64,000 nt of DNA. It comes from Stylophora pistillata (lineage: Eukaryota). The position numbers and the translations under genes are program-made. The notes beneath the pieces are model-generated. The model saw only the letters and a program-made list of their open reading frames with translations, did not search any database and was not told the DNA's origin. Position 1 is the stretch's first letter. The number at the start of each line of letters is the position of its first letter. The DNA is taken from the NCBI RefSeq assembly GCF_002571385.2, contig NW_019217945.1:419090-483089 (forward strand). The letters are read 5' to 3'. Shown here one piece after another: positions 49,101 through 62,517 of the stretch.

Positions 49101-52100
49101 GTTTGGAAAGAAAAAATATTTGGTAATTAAGCCTTAGACATGCAAACACTCCCTTTCTTGGGGCATTTTAACCTATGGTATAATTAAGGGACTGTGCTTA
49201 TACGGTTACTGTTTTGAACATAACAGCTTCGGCGAGCAAACAACACGGATTGAATGCGGCAGATCTTGTGCCGAAATGTTGTTTTGATTTTCAAGTGACT
49301 GGCTTGCAGATGGGTGAGTAAGTTGAAGCGAAATGTTAATCGAGACTAGAAATTGTTGCACGGTTCATTGTGGCATAGGGATCGAGATCCTACAGATACG
49401 TAAATCAAGACCTTGCGACTTGAGTTTGAGGAACATTTTGAGTGAATCCCGTGAAAACAGGACAAACATTTGAAAAAGTGGTTTCTCATTGTCTCAGATA
49501 GCTCCTTTAAGATGCCTTACATGTCAAAAAGGGGGTAAAAATTGAACAAATTATCTAATTCTCCTTGTCGCAACTCATTCAAAGCAATTTAATATATATT
49601 CCGATGTTATGGCGGTTTTATCTCGCAATTCAAAGCCCTCTAACCGCGTCAGAAGCTTTACTTCATTGATGAAAAATTCATTACCTTACGCTTGCGGCTA
49701 GCTTTTCCAAATTGGCCCAAGTATTTCAAGAATCGGTCTAATTTTCATTTCAAAGAAAGTTTCAAAGTTCCGACATAGTTCACTGCACCACTTATTTTTG
49801 GGATAATTGTCGGTCAGCTTTGTTAGTGTGCAACCTACGTTCATTTCTAAGAAGTCTCAACTGTTTTCGCAAACTTTTATTAAACTCGGACTACCTTGGA
49901 CAAACACTCTAAACTTTCCAAGTTTTCTCGTTGTCATTCACTTGACACGGTATATCTAAACGGCTAATCTTCCTAATATGAAGAAAAAACGTTATAGACA
50001 AACACGACATAACTGAGAGACTTTACCGAGAAAGAACCGAAGGGCGGTGAATTGTGTGAAGTTAAACAACTATACTCTTGTCTCCGGCTTTATGATGCAA
50101 ATTTGAAGCCAACGTTTGAAAAGACTCCCTATCTAGAAACGTTGAGCTTTTTTCTAAAGGCTATCTTGAACTTAAAAGGACTTTGTATTATTCATTGAGT
50201 CAAGAGGGTCCATTTTATTTTCTATTTTTTTCCCGCGGTTTAAAACCAATCTGGCCGTGCTCGCTATATAGTAACGCCACGTACAATAATCTTTCAACAA
50301 AGGTTATTTCAGAACGTCTTACCAATGATTTTTTGTACTGCTTGTGAAGTAAACAAGTCGAGAGAGCTTTAAACAGGTCTTCGGGCATTAAAGACAACGT
50401 TTACAACTTGATAAGGGAGATTTCTTTGAAAAATATTCTCTCCTCTTTGTTTAATATTCAGTTGTCGTGTTAGATATCGGAAGCAATTTTTTTTTACTAA
50501 CATCTTCAAAAGATATTCGTTCCCTTTTCAATGAAATTTATAGACATTCGAGGGTGTTCCCTTAACTTAACAAATTCAAACGATTAGAACTTTTCCCACT
50601 CTCTGAAATTATTTCAAAACGAGTCTGTTTCTAAATTGGATTTTACTATGAAATTTGTGTTATGTACGAAAGATACTTAAGTTTCGTTGTGCTCGCTGTT
50701 TTGGGTGCATACATCTGTATCTGTCAACTAAAAAAACCTCCGTTATTCTACACAGTTGTTGTAATTCTTTTCTCGTACTATGTTTATATTTACGAGAGTT
50801 GGCAAGTCAAGCTATTCAAAAACCAAAATTTCTTCAGAGTAACGGGCTTCTTAGGCCATATTTTTTACATCGGTTGAACTTGGCCCCATTGCATCATTAG
50901 CCAGCCTTTTTTCAATAATCTGATGAGTTTATAGACTAAAGATTTGCTAGAAGATTTGGACAGCCTAAAGGGTTAATTTATTACAAATATTTCACAGCTT
51001 TCCGATAAGGAAGTGTTAAAAACTTCGTTGCATAAATTCACAAATCGAGCATTTGGCATGTTGAGCAGTTTTGACTGATAAATTGCAATCAAAATACTTA
51101 ATTATCAGACGAAGTTAGAACTCCAAGAAGTCGAATTCAAAGACCCAGGATATTTGAGACGAAAGGTAACAACCAGTTTAATTCAATATTGAGTCCGGCA
51201 CTTTTGCACTGTAAATGGGACGAGGCGCTCTGCTATTTAATTAATCTATTCTTTGGCTGTTTTTGTATGATGCATACATCTGCAGGCCTAGCTTGCGAAA
51301 CTCAAGGCCATGAAAATCTTGAGGGACACAGCAAGTTCCTTTTCACATCGATTGAATTAACTCAGATCCAAGCAATATAAACTTGAATACCATCAACCCT
51401 TTAGGAACCGAAACACTAAGGCTTAAGTTAAAAAAAAGGAACCAATAACTTTAGGAAGGACATTTAAACAATTATTAATTTGGTTCATTTATCTTCTCTG
51501 TGATTTTTTGGACAGCGAGTAATAACCAAACAGTTAAACTATTGAATGACCAACCCTCTGGTTATGTTTTTAGGGAAAGTTATGAATCACTCAACAATCG
51601 AAACAATGCTGATTTCCTTCTTGACTTAAGTCACTAAACACGTGTCTTCATTCAAAAGCGATTGGATTTTTGACATAAAAATTTTCTTAGCTGATCGTTC
51701 GGAAAGACGTCTCTTTCTTTTCAAAATGTCAAGTTTTCAGCGCTCTTGTTCTTAACCGCTTTGAAGCTTACGGTGTTCTCTGCGTTATTTGCTTTTGGTA
51801 TATAATGCTATCTTTGAATAAACACGGGTGGAAATTTGGAGTCTCTGTGGTCAGTAACTGAGGAACGAAACCTGACCTGAGTTAATGGTCAGGTGCAACT
51901 GCCATACGAAAGGCAATGTGCAAACTGCGTTTGTTAGGTTCATTTTCAACTATACTATACCAATATCTAGTTTTGAATAGCTACTTGCTCCAAATTTCGA
52001 AGAACAATTTTAATCTGATAATTTCAGACTTGCTATTAGGTTGAGCCTCGGAGCACGTCCGTATTCAACCTTGATCTTTGCACGTGTTGCTTGCTTGTTC

Positions 52101-55100
52101 TTCTCTCAGAAACAACCACTTGACGTTCATTACGGCACGTTTTTATTATTTTTTTATTTCACATTTCAAATAAGCACTTTGTATAGATTAGAAGAAAGAT
52201 TTCTGCATGCTCCGCGTGCGTGTAAAATGTTTCTAAAGCATGGCACACTCCTCCAAACAAGAGACTTTTTCCTCTTATGTTGATGTTCCTCAAATCTATC
52301 TCGTGGAAAAATCTGAAGTGCGTACCTTATAGAGAGACTTAAGAATCTTTTTGCATTCAAATTTAAACCACGTGCTAGTTATAGCAACAAAGAGAGCTTT
52401 TCGACCTCCTATTAGTATTTTGTTTGGCTCTGTGAAACCAAGTGAATCTATTGGATGCAAGAGGTAGACAATACCAGACTACCCCTCTTGTTGACTTTTA
52501 GTTTTTTAAGGATGGGCGAAACACGCAAACATGAATTTAAAAAAAAAAATAAAACATTTCCTCGCAAAATGGAGCGTTTTCTACTCAGACCGTCATTTGA
52601 CTATGGAAAATTTCAATTTCTTCTTTCAGTGATCTTTCTCACAGTAATGTCTAAATGTATATTTTTATCAAGTTTTGTTAATGCGGCGCATTTTTCAAAA
52701 GCAATCATATAGTTAAGCAATCACAACTGAGTCTGTTTCCTCTCTACCACTGATAACAAGAACGGCTTACTATAAAAGTTAAGCCAGGAAATTGCTCTAG
52801 AAATAGCTAAAAACACTTCACCCTCTATCGCTCTTTCGCAACTTGGGGATTATTTGTAAACACTGCCAGGGCACAAACTCTAAAATTAGCACAATCACAG
52901 CGACAAAGGCGTTGAAAAATGCCGGATCTTACTTAAATCTGGATCCGTGAGTGCGTAATACTAAAATGTTGTTGAGTGAAAAGAAAATGAAAAAAAGAGG
53001 GCATCTGATCCTTTGGGGAGAAAACAAGGAAATCCGCTTTATAAAAAGTAAAGTACTTTGTAGATGTCAAAAAGAGAAGTCTGGCTGTTCTTTCGGTTTA
53101 AAAAAAACTTATTCCTTGAGAGAACATGATCAATTCAAATAAGTGTTTATATAAATTTTCAATCTCAACAACAGCCTTTATTGCCACCTCTTATAATTAC
53201 GCCAGTTTCTGAAATCGTAAACGAAATGGTTGGAGGTTTTGCATCAGTAATACCGTAAAATCTCAGCGCGCAATTATTTGAATGAAAACTATAGAGTAAT
53301 TTTTCTCTACTGATGTTTGTTTTCAACATTTACCAAGAAAAATTTCTACAAAATTGGCTGTTTTTTTAAGCTTTTAAGTATTTCAAGGGTTAAAGACTAA
53401 ACAACAGGACAATTATGCCAAAGTGCGAAAAAAATGTCAATTTTACTCGAAGGCGTGTTGTTAAACAAACCCCATATCAGGCAGATATTTTGCTTTAACA
53501 AAGATGCGTAAAAAATATGTTTACATCTGGTGGAAAAGTGAAGAGCTCAGAGAGTCACGAGCTGAATGGAATCAGGGGGACTAATCTCGTTTCTCGTGTC
53601 CTTTAAGGCTTTCTTAAAAAAAAAAGCTTCTGGCGAACACGCAATGACGGTGCTCACAGCATAAGTATTACTTCGAAAGAGGGTTTATCGAGTCTGTAAG
53701 CCCTAAATAATCCCCAAGTACTTAAGGGTGGCATACACATTGTGCGCAGTTGATGGGATTTGACATGCGATTTCTTTTAAACAGCACTGATAACGTTTTG
53801 AAACTTGTAACCCACTTTTAGGTGTGATTCAAAATAAATCATTTTAATAACTAAATAGAAAAGTTTGAAAATGACAGCTTTGAGGGCTGGACATGTCTCA
53901 AGAGGAGTTTTAGAACGACCCCTCCCAGCTAGCCGGCTAGTAAAGGAGACATGAACATACAGTAAATTGATCTTCTGCACATCAGTTCGTTAGCAAGAAA
54001 TTGAAGCGTTATTGCAAGTTAAGAAGACTGTGTTTGACCTCCCACTGTATCTTGTTGTTCGATATTTCTTGCGCGTTCAGTGATATCAATTTGAGTCGCC
54101 GACAGTCTTGGGTCTTGTGATCTCTCATGTATGATATGCCTCATGTAATTAAAACCAGAAAAATGTTTTAATCCTTCACCTCTTAAGCCGGAACTTTGAG
54201 GAAAGTCATTCCCCTTAGAGCACACGTTTGTGTCGCGGTTTTTATCACCAAACTACTGTCTTTTCACCCACTCTAGGTTGGATTAAATCCAAAATTATCG
54301 TAATAGACCTCCCTTAGTCGACCTTTGATGAATTGGGCTTTCAACTGCACAAAAAAATGAAAACTTTCCAGAAATGTCCTTGCGTGTCCCACGGAAAAGT
54401 ATGTCTATTTACAGAGTATTGGTGTGGTATTGTTATTGACCTCAAGTCCGTGAATGCTGGAATATAAATCACGTATCACGAGAGCAAGGCAAATATTCAA
54501 GACATTTTTACACCGATGACAACTGTGCAGTATTGACTGGTGGGTGTTTCATGGTTTAATTCACTGCCTCTTTATTCAAAATTTCTGTTCACATGTAACT
54601 CATTGGCAGGCAACAGAAAACTGTAAATAGTTGGAATAAATAGGTAAGTCTACAATTTAACAAGTCACGGTACGATAAAGTGTTTTATCTATAGGCGCGC
54701 CACTACGAGCTTTGATGAAACACAGAGAGGCATCTACGGGTTAACAAGGTCCATCGCAAACCGCGCGCAGAAGAACTCATAAGGACCTAACTAATTTTTT
54801 CCCCTTCCGAAAGGCGGTCGACTCTTCTCCACTGAAAATACCACTGCAATTATCACGGGCGAGGATTTAGGATGATGATCCGTTTATAAAAATTTACCGC
54901 GATGACAGCCCATCGCCAAAATTAGCGAAGGTTAATTGATGTGTAGTAGTTTCCATATCTGACAATTGTCGATCTTTGTTAGATTGCAATTTATACGTTT
55001 CAGCCCTCGTTCTTTTCCGGTGAAAGGCGCTTTTCTTTTACCCGCCTGTAGGAAGGGATTTGCAAGAAGATTTTTCTTGTGTACAAGTTTAATATCTATG

Positions 55101-58100
55101 CAAAGTGGTAGTAAACCGTTACACTGGGAATACTTATAAAGAGAGATATAGGACAATTGATTTCTGCTTTTATCAAAATGATCATGTTTATAAAAACAAA
55201 ATTTATTGGATTCACAAACTATATGAATTGTCTTGACTTTGTTTTTGTTATATAGTCGATAGGTCGATAATTAAGAAGCGCCTTGTGCTCCAGTCTAAGA
55301 TTGTTGCTTGAATGTAGACATTGTGTTAACTGGAGTTCTGTTTGTCATCGTTAAAAATCGAAGAGAGCAAACGATGCAAGAACTAATAAAATTCGGATTT
55401 GATTTAATTTCCGGGGAAACTCTTTGTGGTACAATTCGTGCGGAGAGCAGATCTTAATCCCTCGGATTTTACTTCTTTTTTTATGACCTAACTGTCACTT
55501 TTTATTGCCCGAAATTTCAAAACAATGTCATTGAAAATCGATGGCGTCCTTACAAGTAATATGCACCACAAGTGAATAATGTTTATACATATCTGCTTCT
55601 GTGAAAGGAACTCTAAAAAGAACGTCGTAGAATAAGTGTATTCGATGGAATTCATAGGAAAAAGGCATACATTTCTCCATCGGCTAAAATGGAAAAAAGA
55701 GAGGTGGATTTGGTTGAATGAATTACAAAACTCTGATATGAAGCCACGAATACCAATTTAAAAATTTACAGGGATCAGAAATCAAATACGTGTGCGGTAT
55801 TTTGTATTTAAACATGATATAGCAACAAATATAAATATTGAAATTTATCATTGATGGTAGAATTATGACCAGTGGAGAGACAAACGTTTTATATGATGTG
55901 CTCTTTCACGCAGTGAAATCGATCTAGTTAATTATGACTAATAACTTGTCTTCCTCCGCTAGTCGGAATCATGAAAGGCCAGTGACAAACTTAAACTGAT
56001 GCAAGCTTTTGTCTTGACGGCGATGAATACATTTTAGAACTGGTCACAAGGAAAAGGATATATTCGTTTCTAGTGTATATTAAAGTCATTGAAACTAGTC
56101 CTATTGTATCACTCTATGGTATTGTAACGTTGTGAATGCTCAGAGTTTTCTCTCAGAGGTTAGTGTCTGGCGAACGTTGAATGCGTTCGAAATTTTCCTT
56201 TTAAATGCAAATAGAACAGAATGAAATAATTGGCAAAATATTCTCTTTTTACTTTATTACACCGTTAAAGTGGTGCAAATTAGAGTTGATGAGATCCTTC
56301 ACAATATGCTGTTGAAATAAACACTCTGGATAATTTCAATTTATTGAAGGTGATTTTAATAACAGTTGCCTTTTCAAGAGTTTTTGAACAGTGCGGCAAA
56401 AATTTTCGGCTGCAGCATCTGGAAAAGATCCCCGCCTCATTTGATTAAAATAACAAAACTCTATCTCCTCATGGCCTTCCAAGTTTAATATACAAGGATA
56501 AAAGCAATTATAAGGCGCAAAGCGAAACAGAGAAACTGCAATGCAATCTAAAGGACTGGCTAAAGAAGGGCTAAGAACTGTGCTTATTTCTTAACTCGTT
56601 GACTTATCGTACCGTGGTAACTAGATGAGACAGGTCTCTCACAGTGAGACTCTAACGATGTTAATGTTATATTAACCTTTTCCTGCGGGATACCGCATAC
56701 ATTTTGTGCTAAATCATGCTCTCTTCTTGCACCTCATTGATTTTGTTTTCATTCCAGAACTTGCAAGGATTTAATTTGTCTTGATCCTCGAGACTGTACG
56801 AACCAGTTTGTGACTAGATCCTTGTCCGCGCCAAGAAGCTGCATTTGAAATCTTAATTGCTGGTAAGTTACATTGAAGTAAACAAGATTCGTCATTCACA
56901 CCACGGCCCTTCTGCTGACATCAAGCAACCTTGATATCTAAAATTTCACTGATCCTTCGAAACTTATCGATGTACATACTACAAACAATCTTCTTTTAAG
57001 AAAGCCTGATATATTTTCATTTCTGTCTTAACCAGTGTTATAGAATAAGCTACTAAAGCTATCGGAAGCCTTTGTCTACGGTGACTATGATATCAACATC
57101 AGAGACGAAAGTGCAAGTAGACAGATAATTACAATAATCAGCGCATCTTGTGTTCCTTCTACTCCATGAAAAGCAAACTTGGCTAACCGAACTAAATAAT
57201 AGCAGCACATCACTAGCTTAAAAACGTGTGTGCAAGGTCTGTATTTGCGCGCTTGTATGTTTTCTGTTCGCTACGATACAAAACGAGCCGGCTATCGAGA
57301 AGCGGAAAATCGAACGAAATCACTTCCTTACGAGGGGCGCGCTAAGTACTTTTCGATCGCGATTTAGCGCTGAGCGCATTGTCTAGTTAAATCGTATTTT
57401 ACCTGCCTGTTTATCGGCTCGTGGGAGGGACGACTTCTTCTCTTAGACAAGCATGGAATTCTGGACAATTTACAGCAGCTTATTGCACGACGTGGAAGTC
57501 AATATCATCACGTCATGCTGAGCTAACACCGCCTCAGCTCAAGGACCTAAAGAAAAATCCTAACAATAAACTCTTTGTTTCTGCCAATCTTTCTCTAATT
57601 GTGAGTATCATAGGCAAATCGCGATGCGTACACTTATGAGAAGACTTTCACCTCGTAAAGTGTCGTGCATGAAAGTCAGCTATTCCTTTAGGCTCTTCAG
57701 TAATAGGATAGAAACGAAATAATCCATCAAGGTGAAAGAAAGATCACCAAACGCTTTCAAAAACCAATTATTCCGATAATAAGAGATTCGCGAAATCCCA
57801 CAAGGCGCTTCTATCGGCATAGGCCACTATTATGTATAGGTTATTATCAGAGTTCTAGCTGCATTTTCTCTAAGAATATTCTCTTAGAAAACAACACACA
57901 GCTAAGCGTCACAAAACTGATGAACACGCTTTAGATGGTAGTCCGGCATGTTCGAGGCTTATAACAGACAGACACCCAATAACGATTAGCAAAGAGTTAA
58001 AGTGACCTTTTCCACGCTTGTCTGTTTTATCCATTCTGTTACCCATGTACAAGAAATATTTCGGAGAGAGTGGACAGTTCGAGGAAAACTTACCATGTTT

Positions 58101-61100
58101 CTAGGTCAATATTTGTGTAGAGATTGTATATTTTTACAGTTTTATGTTTAATTGTGAGAACCATCTCAAGTGTGAGAGTTATGTTTACTTTCAATCCATT
58201 TTGGCAGCATGATCGACATGTTATAAAGCTTACAAAAGTTAATTTTAAAGCATCTTTATCTCTGAAAAGACATCGATCAGTATTTGCTACATAAACGTCT
58301 CTCAAGTGCAGTCTATCACGGGCAAATAGTCTTAGCCAAACGAAAGTTGTTTTGATCCTCTCCATCGATTGACCCAAACGCGCGGGTTTCATGAAGAATA
58401 TGGATTTAAGTACTGTTTATATAAGACCGATTATCGATCACGAACTCATGGACTTGATGTTAAAAAACAAACCCGCTGTTTAAATTTCCTCTTGATATGA
58501 CTCTTGCTGCTCTCACAAATAGACTCACAAGTGTGTGATCTGACCATATCTTACCACTGGATAAACAAAGAGTCCTAGGAGAAGGAAACTATCTCGTCAT
58601 CTCAGCGGGAGGGTGGGTGTCATGAAGAAGTGTTTAATTTTCACACAGGAATTTTTATCAGCGCCCCCTTACGAAGCGGTTTTCAGCGGAAACTTATCAA
58701 ACGAAATTTTGTTTTCTTTTTGTAAGCGCTTGTGCCAAGCATCGCCATGAGTTTTCTTAGATTTCTGTTAGTTGTAGACGCGTGAAATTGATTGAAAAAC
58801 CACAGATCGAAGACCTCTTAATCCGGAAACTCGGCCAGTAAGACAAACACGCGTGAAAGCATTCTTTCTCGTAGTTTTCCAAAGAGGGAAAAGTTAGATT
58901 CATGATTTCTCTTACAGCATAATTTTCGTGATTGCGAGAAAATATTGGATAGCGGTTTGTATTGCAGTTGTGGTTGTGCGTTGAAATAAAGCAAAAAGTG
59001 GCATTCCGTGTTCAGATTTGCAGTCCATGACAAGTTTTCTATTTTGAATGATTCTTTTGTGTTTTATCTTCTGAAACTCTTGAAACTTCAGTGTTTCCGA
59101 TACGCTTAATTGTTAAGTTTTCACACTTGATCGAGCGTTTTTTCTTGTTGTACGTAAAAACGTTTAATTCCCTAAGATTTCTTTTTCTTTTCGAGGCAAA
59201 TCCACTTTATGCGCGTGTTATCTAGCATGTTTTATTGCGCTCTCTTTTAATAAAACACACTTTTTGTTAAAACTGAAAGTAAAATGTGTTTTATTGAACG
59301 ACTTGTTTGAATTGTTTTGTCTTCCAGTGTTGTGCCTCTCACACAAGTGAAAGGGACAAATGAAAACAGTTCATCTAAATTTTTATTAATCTGTAAGACT
59401 GATCTCTGCTTTCCCAGTTTGAAGAGCGTTTGTGAGAAATCATTTCCCTAATTAGTTAACAAAAGTGAATGGATTTTACAAAGGGTGTTCAAAGACGAAT
59501 TTCTTTATCAAGGACTTTTTCAAAAAAACAAAAAACAGACTTAGTATGATTCATGCGAAAAATGGACTGAAAGATTCAAAGGAAAAATACTAGCTAGGAG
59601 GTCAGGATAATTTTGTCATTAGGGCAGCTGGTGGAAAATCGATGAGTAAAAATTTAACTTTAACGTTTCATGTAACAAATTGAGCTGATGTTCTTCGTAA
59701 TTCTGGTAACAGTGATTTTTTATCTTAAACATTTCGTTATCATTGTTTGTAGCTAAATTTCTAGTCATTATAGTACGCAGCTTTTCCAAAGCTGGTTTTT
59801 CTATTTGAGATGCAGCCCATTTTGTTTACAAAGGGTGGTGTATCGCGTTCTGTTCCCATGTTTCCAATATCTTAAGCTTAAAGGCAAGACCAAGTCTAAC
59901 AATCTTAAAATTAAAACGATAATTAGTCCGCGTTTGGTTTTAATTGAAAATCCTTTGAATTCGGGCTAGCGCTGAATTATTCGTTCTTCTGTGACGCAAG
60001 AGAGGATATTTATCCGTCTCTTTGGGATTCCATTGTATGCAATTGCAAATACAAGCAACGAATAAAAGGATCCTAACTCCTTGAGCGTCTTTCAAAATTA
60101 ACCTTTACCTAAGGCCGCCAATTCTCAGTTGTGTCATTTCACGCAATATACTTTCGTCAAACAATTTGAGTTAAATCAGCCTTTCAGTAAACTGGGGCTG
60201 TCAGTGGATTAGATTGCGTGAATCTATGGGACATCCGTTTTTTTCTTTAAGCATTAAATTAAAGGCGTAGTTCTCGAAACTTAACTTCCATAAAGGGTTC
60301 CTAGATACGTCTTTATCCAGGAAGCTCTTGCCTTATTACATGACGAGAAACTTCTATCAAAGGAAATCAAGAAAAAGAAATGTCTTGTTCAGGGTGTCAG
60401 GCCCACAACTCATGCCTTCCCACTCCACGCTCCTTCTTTTCAAAAAGTTCTCTGAATTCTTTCATCAAGGAAACGCAAGCTTTCGAGTTTGTAAGTAATA
60501 CTTTATTTTCTCTTGTCAGTGTCCTCTCATTACCTAAAGACTCACTCATCAAAATCCCAGGCTATCAATCGCCATCTTTCAATATCTACAGGTCTGTGGT
60601 TTCCTTTAGTAAATTAACGACACGAGTCGCCTGTCACTGGGGCGCGACGATATATCTGTTGGTTCTCTCTTCTTCTATTCTCTGTGGCAAGGAGATATAC
60701 TGTTTAATTAATCTTGTAAACCCGTTCTTCACACGTGTTCCTGGCGAAATTTAGGATTATGGTCTTTCAATATTAATTATTAGTTTTGTCCAACGACTTG
60801 CGAAGGGCTGCAGTACAAAAAAATGAGAGTTAATCCTCTCTAGAGCTTTACCATCAACTTGTCTTCATTTGTCTCTTGAGTCGTGAAAGTTAGGTATGGT
60901 TTGACAGATAAATTAATCATAAAAAGTCCTTACATAAACTGTAAATCTCTGGTAGAAACTAAAATTCCTTCAGAGTGTAAGACAGACCAGCTCATTCCCA
61001 ATTTACAACAACAAAAGTGTTTTACCAACAAGCCATAGATACATTTTCAAATTTCGTCGAAAAAGGTTTATTGATTTTTAACGGCAACAAAATCGTACAA

Positions 61101-62517
61101 GGAGATCAGTGATTTTTAACTGTCCTTGCACATGTAAATGCCAGCACTCTTCAACCTGAATGATATGTTCAGACTACAAAAATTCCACATCGGAAATGCA
61201 CAAGACCGTACTCAAAAAGGGTAACAATTCCATTTTCTTTTTGCATAACCAATGTTTTAGTTGAAACTAAGTCTTCCCTTTCGATTGAGCAGAAGTTGGA
61301 TAATGACCAAATTTATATGGTGATACTCGCGTAGTTCGGTTTTAACAGATTCCTTTGGAAACCAGTGATGATGTGATTGTAAATGAATTGTGTCGACACT
61401 AGTAACGTGAACTAGACACAGACAAGACACCCAGAGCAATTTGCGCCTTGTTACAGATGAGATAAGAACTAAACCAGCCCTCGAGGAGGGGTGAATTAGC
61501 CTTGAAGGTTGAGCGCGACTTACAGCTTTCACATCTTTCTTTCTTCTTGTTCACCACAATCCTCGTATTTTGAGTACTGTTCTTTAGTTCTCGCATATTC
61601 CTCAGAGTATGAGGCATATTCATTAATTACCTTAAAGGTCCCTATAGGTGACGATAATTAACAACATAACGAAACCATGTCTCCCTAATTACCTCTCTTT
61701 GCAGATTTGTTCTTTTCTTTTGAGGTACTTTACATCGATAAAATCCCTCTTCAAATCGCGCTACTAATTTCGTAACAAAACAATCCTCAATATTTTGTAT
61801 TTATACCTCAGCTATTGGTAGAATTTCTACTCTTTTTTACCCAAGGATACTCTCACGATGGACAACGCAGATCTTTCATGACTATTCTTTAAATTGCGTT
61901 GAGAAGGAAATATTATACGTATTATTTCCGATTGTCATAAAAAATATCCACGAAGTAGCTTCTCGCGCGAAGACAGGCATGTTTTCAATTCTCGTGACAA
62001 AGAGTTAATTTTAATCTACTGAATATGAATTTTTCATTTCACAACCACACGGCTTCCTATTTGGCTTCCATTGCAAATGTTACGACCTCCCACATTGTCC
62101 CAAATTAGAAAAATAGCAACAGTTATCCTACATTCGATTTGTGTTCTGAAAAAGCATTCAACCTCACTAGCTACACTCGGTGGCTTAGAACGGCAGTTTC
62201 TAGGCAGTCCAGAGTTTGCCCACTTAATCGCGTGCATATTTTCTCTGACCCGGGTACTATAATCCGGCTGGGTGTAGCTTTGACGGGCTTGTTTTTATTA
62301 TGTTGAATTTCAGGAAGAGTCCTTTATCAAGCGGATTTTCTGTCCCGTCTTTTTGTATTAATATCTTTGACAGGTATGATCTGCAGGGGGTCTCGAAGGG
62401 GCCAAATTGGTAAAGAAGGTCGTGCGTCTAAGCCTTGAGCTGATCATTTCGTGTTTTCATTTGCATCCGCAGCACACGGCGTACAACGCACTCCATAGCT
62501 TACACCAGGAATTCAAG

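Noticed and set aside
50662-50877. 71-aa hydrophobic ORF
   Set aside because: Expected from T-rich non-coding DNA; no recognisable family or splice context.
39000-62500. Scattered single TCF (CTTTGAT) and TAATCC motifs
   Set aside because: Frequency is compatible with chance in AT-rich DNA.
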